Both the position numbers and the translations under genes were made by a program. A stretch of 64,000 nt of DNA from assembly GCA_039026695.1 (NCBI GenBank), contig JBCCLV010000005.1, positions 990 through 64,989 of the forward strand. Reading direction: 5' to 3'. This document shows, piece after piece, positions 1-9,792 of this stretch; the stretch's first letter is position 1, and every line of letters begins with the position of its first letter. The stretch is from Bacteroidota bacterium. GTDB lineage: Bacteria; Bacteroidota; Bacteroidia; Cytophagales; Cyclobacteriaceae. The notes under the pieces are model-generated. The model ran no database searches and had not been told where the DNA came from. It saw only the letters and a program-made list of their open reading frames with translations.

Positions 1-281
1 TAATCAAAAGTCTCAAACTGGGAAGGTCCACCGCTCTGAAATAAGTAAACAATACGCTTTGCCTTAGGCGCAAAATGCGGTAGCCCTGGCAATCCGATAT
101 CAGGCTGTGTAAAAGACGGCTTACTACTTCCCAGCACTTTATCAACTCCCATTAAAGAGCCCAAGGCCATCGCACCTAGACCCAGTGATGTTTTGGTTAA
201 AAATTGCCTGCGGTCGATCTTATTTTCCTCCCTTTTTAACTCAGGATTATTAGATCTTAAAATGTCATGATGATGTCCCAT
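1..281 (-). CDS. DUF1501 domain-containing (sulfatase-like) protein, N-terminal part only; gene continues past the left edge
   Basis: Reverse-strand ATG at 279-281. My own translation reads MGHHHDILRSNNPELKREENKIDRRQFLTKTSLGLGAMALG...GLPGLPHFAPKAKRIVYLFQSGGPSQFETFD. This is a Tat-like RRQFL signal followed by the conserved start of DUF1501 proteins. It begins 2 nt after the stop of the PSCyt/PSD1 gene, its usual partner. Confidence 0.75.
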   Translation of the reverse strand, partial: MGHHHDILRSNNPELKREENKIDRRQFLTKTSLGLGAMALGSLMGVDKVLGSSKPSFTQPDIGLPGLPHFAPKAKRIVYLFQSGGPSQFETFD

Positions 282-283
282 AA

Positions 284-3200
284 TTATCTTTTTGTGATGC
301 TCGCATCAGAATTAAGAATTACACTGGCTACCACTGCATTTGCGGCTACCATGTTGGAGTCAAGCGACTCATCGATTTGATACTCACCGGCTTCCAGCCA
401 TCCTTTGGCTTTCTCCGGTGAATCATTGAATTTTTCATACTCAGCTTGCTGCAGCGATAGCAAAAGCTTCAGTTCTTCATCTTTAGGCTGGATACCGGTA
501 AGACGCTGATAGGCTTCTCGGACCCCTTCTTCAGCGTCGCTGGCCCTGGTAATCTTCTCTCCCAGTACTTTGCTGGCCTCAATGTAGGCAGGATCGTTAA
601 GCAGGGCCAACGCCTGTAGAGGTGTATTGGTCTTCTGTCTACGCACGGTGCACTCGGCTCTCTCCGGCTGATCAAACGTACTCAGCGTAGGGTGAGGAAA
701 AGTGCGTCTCCAATACACGTATAGGCTCCTTTTGTACAAATCATCTCCTGAGCTCTGCACATACTCAGTACCTCCTGATGCACCTTGGTAATATCCATCC
801 GGTTGGTAAGGTTTTACGCTTTTTCCACCTATTTCATCATTAAAGAGTCCACTGGCTACCAGGGCATTGTCCCTCATCATTTCGCTGGTAAGTCTGATCT
901 TAGGGCCTCTGGCCAGGTATATATTTTGAGGATCTTTCTCCAGGAGTTCTTGGGAAGTAAATGAGCTTTGTCTGTAAGTAGCAGACATCACGATCATTTT
1001 CTGCAAGGCCTTGACATCCCATCCGCTTTCGCGGAAGCTAATGGCGAGATAATCTAGTAGCTCCGGGTGACTGGGCATTTCGCCTTGATTCCCAAAGTCT
1101 TCAGTGGTGCGGACGATTCCTCGGCCGAAGTAGTTCTGCCAGTAGCGGTTGACCGCAACTCTCGCCGTTAGTGGATTTTCTTCATCAAAAATCCACTGGA
1201 CCAGTCCAAGACGATTTTGAGGATATTCTTCCTTCCATGGAAGTATCCTGGCAGGTGACCCAGGATCAACCTTCTCGCCGTGCGCGTCATATTGCCCACG
1301 CTCCAAAACATAGGTTGGCCTTGGTTCATCCATCTCCCTCATGATCGGAATCTCTTGAATGAATTCAGTGCTGTCCACCAATGCATCCCTTGCCTCTTCC
1401 AGCTGCGAAAGGGCCGTTTGATACGCCTTGGAATTCAACCCTAGGAAATACTGCGTAAGCCAGGTCTTCTCGTCTTCATTTAAGCGATCTGTAGGTTTCT
1501 GCAAAATTTCATTCGCCTGGCTTGCATCCCCGATCATCATGACTTCCAAAGCAGAAACTTCTCGATTGTAGACGTGAATGTCATCCACGGATGCACCTCC
1601 AATTCCCTTACCTCTCCACCTGGCGCCTATCTGCAATGGAGGTTCCTCTCCTTTCTTATTAATATAGTCGCTCATGCGGTTGTAAATAATGTCTTTGTAA
1701 AGATTATCTATCTGCACCTCTGTCTCCAGAGCGGTTCCATTCATGTAGATATTTAAACCCTCGGCACTGCTGGAACCATCGTAGGTCATCATCAAATGTA
1801 CCCACTCATCTTTGGGAATTTCTGCGGTCGAAAGCTCCACAATGGCATTATCCGGATAGGTATGGGAAAGCATCACCTCAATTTTATTGTCTTTAATATT
1901 CAGGTGATACCCTTTGTAGGCATAAAGACGAGTGCCATGGTTCTTGTGAAATACCACCCCATTTTCAAGCTCCTGCGGAAGGTTGACCCAGATGCCTACA
2001 CTAAAAGGTTCGCTCCGCTGATAAATGCCAACTTTGGACAGATGCAACCAGGTATCACCATTCATTTTTAGCCCCTTACCGTCCTCACCAGCGGCGTACT
2101 CAGGGTATTCCTGCTTTGAAAATTGGCGCTTCATTTCCCCCACCTGCCCTGATTTTCTGTCGTTTTTTAAGTTACCCTCGAGCTGATAGCGAGCGACGAG
2201 TCCTTTGGTAGGAATCTTATTTTGAATTCCTGTATGACCTCCTTCTTCGATCCAGCCAGCGATTTTGGCTACTTCTTCTTTTCTCACTTTTCTAGCCAGT
2301 TGTTCCTTTTCCACGACTTGTGTTTCGAGTTGTTCCAAGGTTGCTTCTTGCTCATCAGTCGGAAGGAGCATATTGGGAACAGGGACATCTAAAGGATTCC
2401 AGGAGATCTGCCCGGATTCATTTTGATTATTGAAAAAGCTGGTAAGGGAAAAGAACTCTTTCTGACTGATTGGGTCAAACTTATGGTCGTGACACCTGGC
2501 ACAGTTGAGCGTCAATGCCATAAAACCTGTACCCACCACGCTGGTACGATCCGCAACGTACTCCACCCTAAACTCCTCATCCACAATACCGCCTTCCGCA
2601 TTGGTTGGATGCAAACGATTAAAAGCGGTGGCAAGCATCTGCTCTTTGGTAGGATTTGGAAGCAAATCTCCAGCAATTTGCCACTTGGCAAATTCATCGT
2701 AGGGCATGTTTTCATTAAAGGATTTAATCACCCAGTCTCTCCAAGGACTCATGTCACGATACATATCTGCCTGATATCCGTAGGTATCGGCATACCGTGC
2801 CAGATCCATCCAGTCATTGGCCATTTTCTCCCCGTAGTGCGGTGATGCCAGAAGGCGATCTACCACTTTTTCGTAAGCATCTTCTGATTGATCATTTACA
2901 AAATCGTCAATTTCATCCAGTGTCGGTGGTAGACCGGTTAGATCGAGCGATAATCGGCGAATAAGCCGCTCTTTGGTGGCAGTTTGAGAAGGTCCTAGCC
3001 CTTTGGTTTTCTGCTTTCGTTCGATGAATAAATCAATTTCGCTGAGTGCCCAGCTACTTTCAATAGAAGGTGTATTTGGCTTCTCTGGAGGTAGAAAAGC
3101 CCAGTGTGGTTTGTACTCCGCTCCATCCTCTATCCATTTTAATAAGACAGCTTTCTCGTATGGAGATAGAGCGATCTTGGATTCTGTTGTAGGCATGATC

Positions 3201-3526
3201 AGTTCTGGATCATCAGACATGATTCGTTTAAATACCTCGCTGTTCCTCAGGCTGCCAGGATCAATTGCGACATCACCAGGTGATTGCGGCAGTTCTCCAT
3301 ACGCTGCTGATGCTAAGTCAAGTCTTAAACCTGCTTGCTGCTTGGCTTCATCGGGACCATGACAGAGGTAGCATTTATCCGATAGTACAGGTTTCACATG
3401 TGTGTTGAAATCCAACACTTGCGGCAATGCTTCATATTCCACTGCTACCTCATCTGGAAGACTGACACCACAACTCACCAGCATCGCAAAGCAAAGTATT
3501 CTCACAATCTGTTTTGTCATCACCAA
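284..3526 (-). CDS. PSCyt1/PSCyt2(DUF1549)-LamG-PSD1(DUF1553) multidomain protein (planctomycete-cytochrome-C family), lipoprotein-like signal
   Basis: 1080-aa ORF. N-terminal signal ends in LVSCG. A CxxCH haem-type motif (CYLCHGPDEAKQQAGLRLD) sits near the N-terminus. DUF1549-like block: LIRRLSLDLTGLPPT...RLLASPHYGE. A central concanavalin/LamG-like segment is present. C-terminal DUF1553-like block: RCHDHKFDP...RRQKTNTPLQAL. It is followed directly by a DUF1501 gene. Confidence 0.85.
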   Translation of the reverse strand: MVMTKQIVRILCFAMLVSCGVSLPDEVAVEYEALPQVLDFNTHVKPVLSDKCYLCHGPDEAKQQAGLRLDLASAAYGELPQSPGDVAIDPGSLRNSEVFKRIMSDDPELIMPTTESKIALSPYEKAVLLKWIEDGAEYKPHWAFLPPEKPNTPSIESSWALSEIDLFIERKQKTKGLGPSQTATKERLIRRLSLDLTGLPPTLDEIDDFVNDQSEDAYEKVVDRLLASPHYGEKMANDWMDLARYADTYGYQADMYRDMSPWRDWVIKSFNENMPYDEFAKWQIAGDLLPNPTKEQMLATAFNRLHPTNAEGGIVDEEFRVEYVADRTSVVGTGFMALTLNCARCHDHKFDPISQKEFFSLTSFFNNQNESGQISWNPLDVPVPNMLLPTDEQEATLEQLETQVVEKEQLARKVRKEEVAKIAGWIEEGGHTGIQNKIPTKGLVARYQLEGNLKNDRKSGQVGEMKRQFSKQEYPEYAAGEDGKGLKMNGDTWLHLSKVGIYQRSEPFSVGIWVNLPQELENGVVFHKNHGTRLYAYKGYHLNIKDNKIEVMLSHTYPDNAIVELSTAEIPKDEWVHLMMTYDGSSSAEGLNIYMNGTALETEVQIDNLYKDIIYNRMSDYINKKGEEPPLQIGARWRGKGIGGASVDDIHVYNREVSALEVMMIGDASQANEILQKPTDRLNEDEKTWLTQYFLGLNSKAYQTALSQLEEARDALVDSTEFIQEIPIMREMDEPRPTYVLERGQYDAHGEKVDPGSPARILPWKEEYPQNRLGLVQWIFDEENPLTARVAVNRYWQNYFGRGIVRTTEDFGNQGEMPSHPELLDYLAISFRESGWDVKALQKMIVMSATYRQSSFTSQELLEKDPQNIYLARGPKIRLTSEMMRDNALVASGLFNDEIGGKSVKPYQPDGYYQGASGGTEYVQSSGDDLYKRSLYVYWRRTFPHPTLSTFDQPERAECTVRRQKTNTPLQALALLNDPAYIEASKVLGEKITRASDAEEGVREAYQRLTGIQPKDEELKLLLSLQQAEYEKFNDSPEKAKGWLEAGEYQIDESLDSNMVAANAVVASVILNSDASITKR

Positions 3527-3733
3527 TATCTTCTCGTACGAATCCAGTTCTCTTTTGATATTCTTAAAAATCGATACAGTTCAGCTTCAAAATTGTATAA
3601 TTTGCCGAGTATTAAGGCAATAAATTAGATAGACTGCATATAGACACGGGCTTATCTAGAATTACAACAAATAAGGGATAAGAAAGTCTTATGTGCGGTT
3701 TTAGGTCAGAAACAGCTGTTACGAATATTCACT

Positions 3734-5347
3734 TTGAAAAAGGTCTATAGACTACTCTTTACCATTTACCTCTTAATACATGGGCTTTTTGCCCCTGCTC
3801 AATTTACCTATCAGTCTATAGACTCCATTGACTGGATTACTATCATATCACAGGAGCTCACCGCATCCCAGGATATCCTACAAAGCTCCCAAGCTGAAAA
3901 AACATTAGAGAGCAAGTCAGATACACTCTCACGCATCAAAATACTTCTTAGAAAAGGTCAAGAGTACACAAACACAGTCAATTTTAGCAAAGCGTATGAC
4001 GAGTATTGGAGAGCTTTGGGTCTTACATCAACAGAAGATTCAGAGGAGTTGGCAATCTGTTACCAAGGTCTTGGGATACTCTACAGCATCTTTCAAAAGG
4101 ACAAGAAGGCCTTTCAAAATTTTCAACGCAGTATACAGATCAGAAAATCCTTACAAACATCCGATATGCAAAGCATTAGCCTTCTAGCATCTAGCTATTT
4201 TCATTTGGCGGTCCATTTTCGATACGCAGGAAATCCAGATCTAGCAAAAGCAAAAATCTATCTGGACAGCAGCATCCTCATCTCGCAGAAGGCCCAAAAG
4301 AGGACGTTTGTTTCGCTGGCAGAAGAAGCGTACATCAATGGGACGCTGTATGGTCTTAACCAGGTATATGAAACATTGCAGGATCTTGAGATCAATTTTA
4401 TCCAAACAAATCCTGAGTATCTCACCATCTTCTATTTCGAGCTAGGAAAACTACACTACCAAAACGCAGATTACACAACTGCCAATCAGTACCTCGTAAA
4501 ATCTATCCTAAATGCTTATCGGGAACGTACAAACCTAAATTTCCTTCCCTTGATTTATGAGACACTTGCAGAAATCTGCCAGAAGCAGGCAGCGCTATCA
4601 GAAGCAGTTTCCTATCTCAAGGTTCAAAATAGACTTAACCAACTGCTCTACGACAGTAGAAGTCCTAACAATGAATTTCTGCTTGAAATCAAGGATCAGT
4701 TTAGGGTAGAGCAAGAAGAGCTTGCAAAGCAAAAGGATCGTCAACGTTTGGATCAATTAGAAAAAGAGCAGGCCATCCTCCAGCTCAGGGTTTCTGTATT
4801 GGTGATTAGTATTCTATTCATTTTAACGATTGTTTTTATCTGGATTAGAAAAGTAAAGAGAGAACAGCAACGAAAAGAAAGAGCTGCTGAACAAAATCGA
4901 CTGCTTGAGAATCAGAAAAACAAAGAGATGGTAGACATAAAAAATCGAGAACTCACTAATTCTACACTGAGACTCATCGCCAAAGATGAACTGTTGGAGA
5001 GGATCAAAGACGAAATGAGTGAAGCTGCTAAAACGATAGATTCATCTCGTTTGAAAAAGCTGGTCAAGTCCATCGAAATTGATCAAAATGTCACTTGGCT
5101 CGAATTTGAAAACCGGTTCACAGCGGTAAATAAAGGGTTTTTTGATAGAATGAAGGAAAAGTACTCTGACTTGAGCGATTACGACATGAAGATTTGTTCA
5201 CTGATTAAACTCAAGTTTTCCGGTAAAGAAATGGCCAGACTGCTGGGAATATCACCCGAGAGCGCAAATACTTCAAGGTATCGCCTTAGAAAGAAATTAG
5301 GTCTTGATAAAGAACAAAACCTGAATGAGTTTATCCAGCATTTTTAA
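3734..5347 (+). CDS. Membrane-anchored TPR-repeat transcriptional regulator with C-terminal LuxR-type HTH
   Basis: 537-aa ORF with a TTG start. It has an N-terminal hydrophobic signal and TPR-like repeats. A coiled coil (QKDRQRLDQLEKEQAILQL) precedes a TM helix (VSVLVISILFILTIVFIWI). The C-terminal LuxR/GerE HTH reads KEMARLLGISPESANTSRYRLRKKLGL. Confidence 0.75.
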   Translation: MKKVYRLLFTIYLLIHGLFAPAQFTYQSIDSIDWITIISQELTASQDILQSSQAEKTLESKSDTLSRIKILLRKGQEYTNTVNFSKAYDEYWRALGLTSTEDSEELAICYQGLGILYSIFQKDKKAFQNFQRSIQIRKSLQTSDMQSISLLASSYFHLAVHFRYAGNPDLAKAKIYLDSSILISQKAQKRTFVSLAEEAYINGTLYGLNQVYETLQDLEINFIQTNPEYLTIFYFELGKLHYQNADYTTANQYLVKSILNAYRERTNLNFLPLIYETLAEICQKQAALSEAVSYLKVQNRLNQLLYDSRSPNNEFLLEIKDQFRVEQEELAKQKDRQRLDQLEKEQAILQLRVSVLVISILFILTIVFIWIRKVKREQQRKERAAEQNRLLENQKNKEMVDIKNRELTNSTLRLIAKDELLERIKDEMSEAAKTIDSSRLKKLVKSIEIDQNVTWLEFENRFTAVNKGFFDRMKEKYSDLSDYDMKICSLIKLKFSGKEMARLLGISPESANTSRYRLRKKLGLDKEQNLNEFIQHF

Positions 5348-5348
5348 A

Positions 5349-6398
5349 TTAACCCACCTTTTGTAGGTAACTCGCTTGCTCTACTTGACATTTCTTCTGT
5401 GTCGAATCACGCAGGACCAACTCAGTGGGAATGGATTCACACCTATACTCCAACAAATCTGGGTTTTCTATATGCCAAATTAAAGTTTCCGCTGCCTTTC
5501 TTCCCATAAGCTCAGCAGGCTGATTAATCGTGGATAATCGTGGTGTCATGTGGCTGGCGATCGGCTCATCCGCAAACCCGATCAACGATATGTCCTCAGG
5601 TACAGAAAGATCCATATCCTTAATGATCTCTACGCAATCAAAAGCCAGGTAGTCGTTAAAACACAATATTGCATCCACACGGTCAGCCAGGATCAATGAT
5701 TTCAATTGGTTTTTCCAGCTCGTATACTCGGATTGGATCACCAACTCCTCAGAGAAAGTAAGGCCCTGATCTTTAAGGGTTTCCTTATACCCTACATATC
5801 TGTTGAAACTTGTGGACAAATTTTGAGGCCCTTGAATGTGTACAATATTGCGATGACCTTGGTCTACTAAGTATTTGATTGCGTCCCTACATCCTTGAAA
5901 ATCATCAGTAACCACGTAAGAAGTATCCAAATCCTCACACAGTCTGTCAAAAAAAACTAGAGGAACGTCCTCTTCAATCAACTCTAGGTAGTGGCTAAAA
6001 TCCGACGTTTCACGCGCGTATGATGCAATAATTCCATCTACCCTCATCGAACTAAGCATGTTTACCGCCTTCACCTCTTTCTCAATCTCTCCACCATGCG
6101 TATTGATAAAAAGATAGTAACCGTGCTCACTCAATACTTGACTGACTCCATCCAGCACTTTAGAAAAGTAATGATGCGTAAACTCAGGTAAAATTAACCC
6201 GACGTTTTTTGACTTTTTCTTCAAAAGATTGATTGCAAAAGGGTTGGGTTTGTATCCCCAATCTTTAGCAAGCTTTATTACTGCCTCTCTTGTTTCAGCG
6301 CTGATCCTCCCCTCGTTACTCAGTGCTCTGGATACAGTGGAGGTAGAAACTCCAAGCTCTTTTGCGATATCAGTAATCTTAACTCTGCCGCGAATCAT
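5349..6398 (-). CDS. LacI family transcriptional regulator
   Basis: 349-aa ORF. N-terminal HTH: KITDIAKELGVSTSTVSRALSN. The remainder resembles a periplasmic-binding-protein-like sugar-binding core. It is divergent from uxaB-uxaA. Confidence 0.9.
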   Translation of the reverse strand: MIRGRVKITDIAKELGVSTSTVSRALSNEGRISAETREAVIKLAKDWGYKPNPFAINLLKKKSKNVGLILPEFTHHYFSKVLDGVSQVLSEHGYYLFINTHGGEIEKEVKAVNMLSSMRVDGIIASYARETSDFSHYLELIEEDVPLVFFDRLCEDLDTSYVVTDDFQGCRDAIKYLVDQGHRNIVHIQGPQNLSTSFNRYVGYKETLKDQGLTFSEELVIQSEYTSWKNQLKSLILADRVDAILCFNDYLAFDCVEIIKDMDLSVPEDISLIGFADEPIASHMTPRLSTINQPAELMGRKAAETLIWHIENPDLLEYRCESIPTELVLRDSTQKKCQVEQASYLQKVG

Positions 6399-6565
6399 AA
6401 TCTTCCTTTTTTAACAGATACCAAATTAATTAAGGAATTTAAGGCACCAAGGAAAAAATTCATATCATACCAAGGGTCATATTTCGAAAAATAGCAATTG
6501 GTCAGTTACAAAATCTGCCTCGGGGCAAACCTTTGAATTTTTATGCCCTGTAGTAATTAGCGATT

Positions 6566-6575
6566 TTTGCGCAAA
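6566..6575. promoter_or_regulatory. Candidate LacI-family operator core (perfect 10-bp palindrome TTTGCGCAAA)
   Basis: TTTGCGCAAA was read directly. It has a CG centre, as in many LacI-family operators. It lies 10 nt upstream of the in-frame ATG (6585) of uxaB, in the lacI/uxaB divergent region. It is short, so it could be chance. Confidence 0.2.
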
Positions 6576-8015
6576 TTTTTAAAAATGCCGCAACCCCTTA
6601 GTGCTAAGACTTTCTCGAACAAAAGCATCTTACCTGTAAAAATCCTCCAGTTTGGTGAAGGAAACTTTTTGCGTGCCTTCTCGGACTGGTGTATTCAAAA
6701 AATGAATGCAGAGATAGGTTTTAACGGGGGTATCGCAGTGGTGCAACCCATTGAAAATGGTCTCCTCCACCTTCTCGAAAATCAGGATGGCCTTTATCAT
6801 CACATGATCCGAGGGCTCAACAACGGAGTAAAATATGATGAGATCGAATTGATTGATTGTATTCAGAACACGATCAATCCCTTCGAGCAACCTGACAATT
6901 ACTTTCAGCAAGCTAAAAATCCAGAGCTTTCAATTGTCATTTCCAATACTACAGAGGCAGGAATTCAATATTTGGCAGATGACATCCCTGGTTCCGGACA
7001 GCTTGCAAAAACTTTCCCGGGAAAACTGACACAGTTGCTAAAAATGCGATTTGAGCATTTCAAGGGTTCTCATGACTCGGGTCTGGTATTTATCCCCTGT
7101 GAACTGATTGAGAATAATGGCTATGAATTAAAGGAATGCATTTTAAAGTATGCGGCGCTGTGGAATCTAGGAACCGGCTTTGAGAGTTGGATTGAACAAA
7201 GCAATTACTTCGCAAATACCCTGGTGGATCGAATTGTACCTGGATTTCCTAAAGATGAAATAGAGGCGATCCAGGAAAGAATCGGATTCGAAGATCAACT
7301 TGTAGTATCCTCAGAGGTATTCCATTTGTGGGTCATACAAGGCCCTAAGGAAGTCAAGGAGCGATTTCCTGCGGATAAAGCTGGTTTGAATGTAAAATTT
7401 GTAGATGACATTGCTCCTTACAGGACTAGAAAAGTTCGAATACTGAATGGAGCGCATACCTGTATGGTGCCAATTGGACTACTGGACGGGATAGAAACGG
7501 TAAGGGAAAATGTAGAGCACGAAGTGATTGGTGCTTTTATCCAACAAGCGATAGATGAGGAAATAGCTTCTACCATTGATTTGCCGGAAGAAGAACTAAA
7601 AGCCTTTTCTGATGAGGTCATTGAACGCTTTAAGAACCCATTTATTCGCCACGAGCTCAAGAGCATTGCACTTAATTCGATTAGTAAATTCAGGGTGCGT
7701 GTATTACCCACGATCAAAGACTATTTAGCAGATAGGACAGAGCTACCAACCAAGCTGCTTTTTTCTTTGGCTTGTTTGATAAGGTTGTACCATGATTCGA
7801 ACTTTAAAATTACGGATGACCAAATCGTAATTGACTATTTCCACAAAATCCAGAACACGAAGCTAGATGAGCAGCTCGTCGGAGAATTGTTGGCAAGGGA
7901 GGCCTTTTGGGGCGAAGACCTAACTTTGATCAAAGGACTAAAGGAATTAATCAGTAAGTACCTTGGTTTACTCGAGACGCATTCCGCAACGGAAGTAGTG
8001 AAGGAAGTATTTTAA
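6567..8015 (+). CDS. uxaB: Tagaturonate reductase (altronate oxidoreductase), mannitol dehydrogenase family
   Basis: 482-aa ORF. N-terminal Rossmann segment: ILQFGEGNFLRAF. The length and the immediately coupled altronate dehydratase gene support the call. The TTG at 6567 may be replaced by the in-frame ATG at 6585 (MPQPLSAKTF). Confidence 0.85.
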   Translation: MRKFLKMPQPLSAKTFSNKSILPVKILQFGEGNFLRAFSDWCIQKMNAEIGFNGGIAVVQPIENGLLHLLENQDGLYHHMIRGLNNGVKYDEIELIDCIQNTINPFEQPDNYFQQAKNPELSIVISNTTEAGIQYLADDIPGSGQLAKTFPGKLTQLLKMRFEHFKGSHDSGLVFIPCELIENNGYELKECILKYAALWNLGTGFESWIEQSNYFANTLVDRIVPGFPKDEIEAIQERIGFEDQLVVSSEVFHLWVIQGPKEVKERFPADKAGLNVKFVDDIAPYRTRKVRILNGAHTCMVPIGLLDGIETVRENVEHEVIGAFIQQAIDEEIASTIDLPEEELKAFSDEVIERFKNPFIRHELKSIALNSISKFRVRVLPTIKDYLADRTELPTKLLFSLACLIRLYHDSNFKITDDQIVIDYFHKIQNTKLDEQLVGELLAREAFWGEDLTLIKGLKELISKYLGLLETHSATEVVKEVF

Positions 8016-9658
8016 TGAAAGCACTGACCATTAACCCCACTGATAACCTGGCAGTAGCCCTTACTGATCTTAAGGCTGGAGATAAAGTAAGAGTCAACGA
8101 GCAGGAAATTATACTAAAGCAAAATATTCAGGCCAAACACAAATTTGCACTAGCCAATTTTGACAAAGGCTCTGAATTATACATGTATGGGCTAATCGTA
8201 GGCACTTCCACCGAATTTATAGGACAAGGTGAGGCAATAACCACCGAAAACGTGACCCATAAAGCAACAGGTTACAACCTAGATAATCAGCAAACTTTTA
8301 CTTGGACTCAGCCCGATACTTCCCGTTTTGAAGATCGTACTTTTATGGGATATCACCGAGAAGATGGCCAAGTAGGTACTGATAATGTTTGGCTGGTTTT
8401 TCCCTTGGTATTCTGCGAAAATCGGAACGTAGAGATTTTACGAAAAGCTTTTGAATCTGCGCTCCGCTACGACGAGGTTAATCCCTATGAAGCCATGGTT
8501 CAGAAACTGGTAGTAGGATACAAGGAAGGTTCGGTTGACGAACTTCTGGATACAATTACACTAGAATCCACTGAACTGTCTTCACAGTCGCAAGTGTTTG
8601 AAAATGTTAAGATCAGGTTCATCACGCACCAGGCAGGGTGTGGCGGAATCAGACAAGACGCAGAGGCTTTATGCAGATTGTTTGCAGGTTACTTGAACAA
8701 TCCCAACGTAGCTGGAGCGACGGTGCTGAGCCTTGGTTGTCAAAATGCGCAAATTCAAATATTGGAGGAGGCCATCAACAAAATAAATCCAGATTTCAGC
8801 AAACCACTTATCATCCTGGACCAGCAGGAAATTGGATCTGAAAGAGAGCTGACCAGTAAAGCCGTAAAAGAGACTTTTAAGGGAATGATGAAGGCAAACC
8901 AATTGCAACGATTGCCTGCACCCCTTAGCAAACTTACCATTGGATTAGAATGCGGTGGATCTGATGGGTTTTCCGGTATCTCTGCTAATCCTTCTGTGGG
9001 GCATGCCTCTGACCTCATCTCTGCTTTGGGAGGTAAAGCCATTTTATCGGAGTTTCCTGAACTCTGTGGAGTGGAGCAAGAGCTAATCAATCGAATGCCG
9101 ACCAGAGACATGGCAGTAAAGTTTACTGACTTAATGCGCGCATACGAAAAGGCGGCTGAAGATAGTGGTTCAGGCTTTGACATGAACCCGTCTCCTGGTA
9201 ATATAAAAGATGGCTTGATCACGGATGCAATGAAATCGGCAGGAGCCGCAAAAAAGGGAGGAACATCCCCAGTCGTAGATGTACTCGACTATACTGAGTA
9301 TGCCAAAAATCCGGGCTTAAACCTTCTCTGCACACCAGGAAATGACGTGGAATCGACAACAGGATTGGTCGGTTCCGGAGCTAATGTGGTACTTTTTACT
9401 ACTGGACTGGGAACGCCCACCGGCAACCCAGTCGCGCCTATTCTTAAAGTATCGTCTAATTCGAAGCTGGCCGAAAGAATGTCTGACATTATTGACATCA
9501 ATACGGGATCAGTAATTGAAGGAACTAAAACCATTGAGGAAATGGGTGAAGAGATCCTAGAGCATGTGATACGTGTGGCAAGCGGAGAAACCACTTCAAA
9601 GGCAGTGGCTATGAAGCATTACGATTTCATTCCCTGGAAGAGAGGGGTTTCGTTGTAG
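8015..9658 (+). CDS. uxaA: Altronate dehydratase (UxaA/GarD family)
   Basis: 547-aa ORF with an N-terminal SAF-like domain (NPTDNVAVAL-like: INPTDNLAVALTDLKAG). The conserved core includes HQAGCGG and LECGGSDGFSG. Its ATG overlaps the uxaB stop (TAATG). Confidence 0.85.
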   Translation: MKALTINPTDNLAVALTDLKAGDKVRVNEQEIILKQNIQAKHKFALANFDKGSELYMYGLIVGTSTEFIGQGEAITTENVTHKATGYNLDNQQTFTWTQPDTSRFEDRTFMGYHREDGQVGTDNVWLVFPLVFCENRNVEILRKAFESALRYDEVNPYEAMVQKLVVGYKEGSVDELLDTITLESTELSSQSQVFENVKIRFITHQAGCGGIRQDAEALCRLFAGYLNNPNVAGATVLSLGCQNAQIQILEEAINKINPDFSKPLIILDQQEIGSERELTSKAVKETFKGMMKANQLQRLPAPLSKLTIGLECGGSDGFSGISANPSVGHASDLISALGGKAILSEFPELCGVEQELINRMPTRDMAVKFTDLMRAYEKAAEDSGSGFDMNPSPGNIKDGLITDAMKSAGAAKKGGTSPVVDVLDYTEYAKNPGLNLLCTPGNDVESTTGLVGSGANVVLFTTGLGTPTGNPVAPILKVSSNSKLAERMSDIIDINTGSVIEGTKTIEEMGEEILEHVIRVASGETTSKAVAMKHYDFIPWKRGVSL

Positions 9659-9792
9659 ATAGTCTAATGTCTTACAGATGATTTCTTCCGGAATAGAAAT
9701 CAAAGTCACTATTTAATTCTCGAAGGAATAGACCCTTCAAAAGATCCGAAGTTTTTCTGGTAAGGAAGAATTTTGCACCTCAACAAACTCAC

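Noticed and set aside
2423-2845. Long antisense or alternative-frame ORFs inside well-supported genes. Examples: 2423..2845, 3003..3362, 8755..9222, 11505..11975, 19567..20139, 30694..31017, 35785..36120, 41330..41701, 43446..43820, 51038..51373, 59495..59815.
   Set aside because: Each lies wholly within a longer ORF that has clear family motifs. Their translations are low-complexity or unrecognisable. Such shadow ORFs are expected in a moderate-GC genome. I see no evidence that they code for protein.
3624-3663. Imperfect inverted repeat ATTAGATAG ... CTTATCTAGAAT in the PSCyt/PSD1 - TPR/LuxR divergent region.
   Set aside because: It needs indels to align, and its 6-bp perfect core (TAGATA/TATCTA) is AT-rich. 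It is too weak to call a binding site without comparative data.
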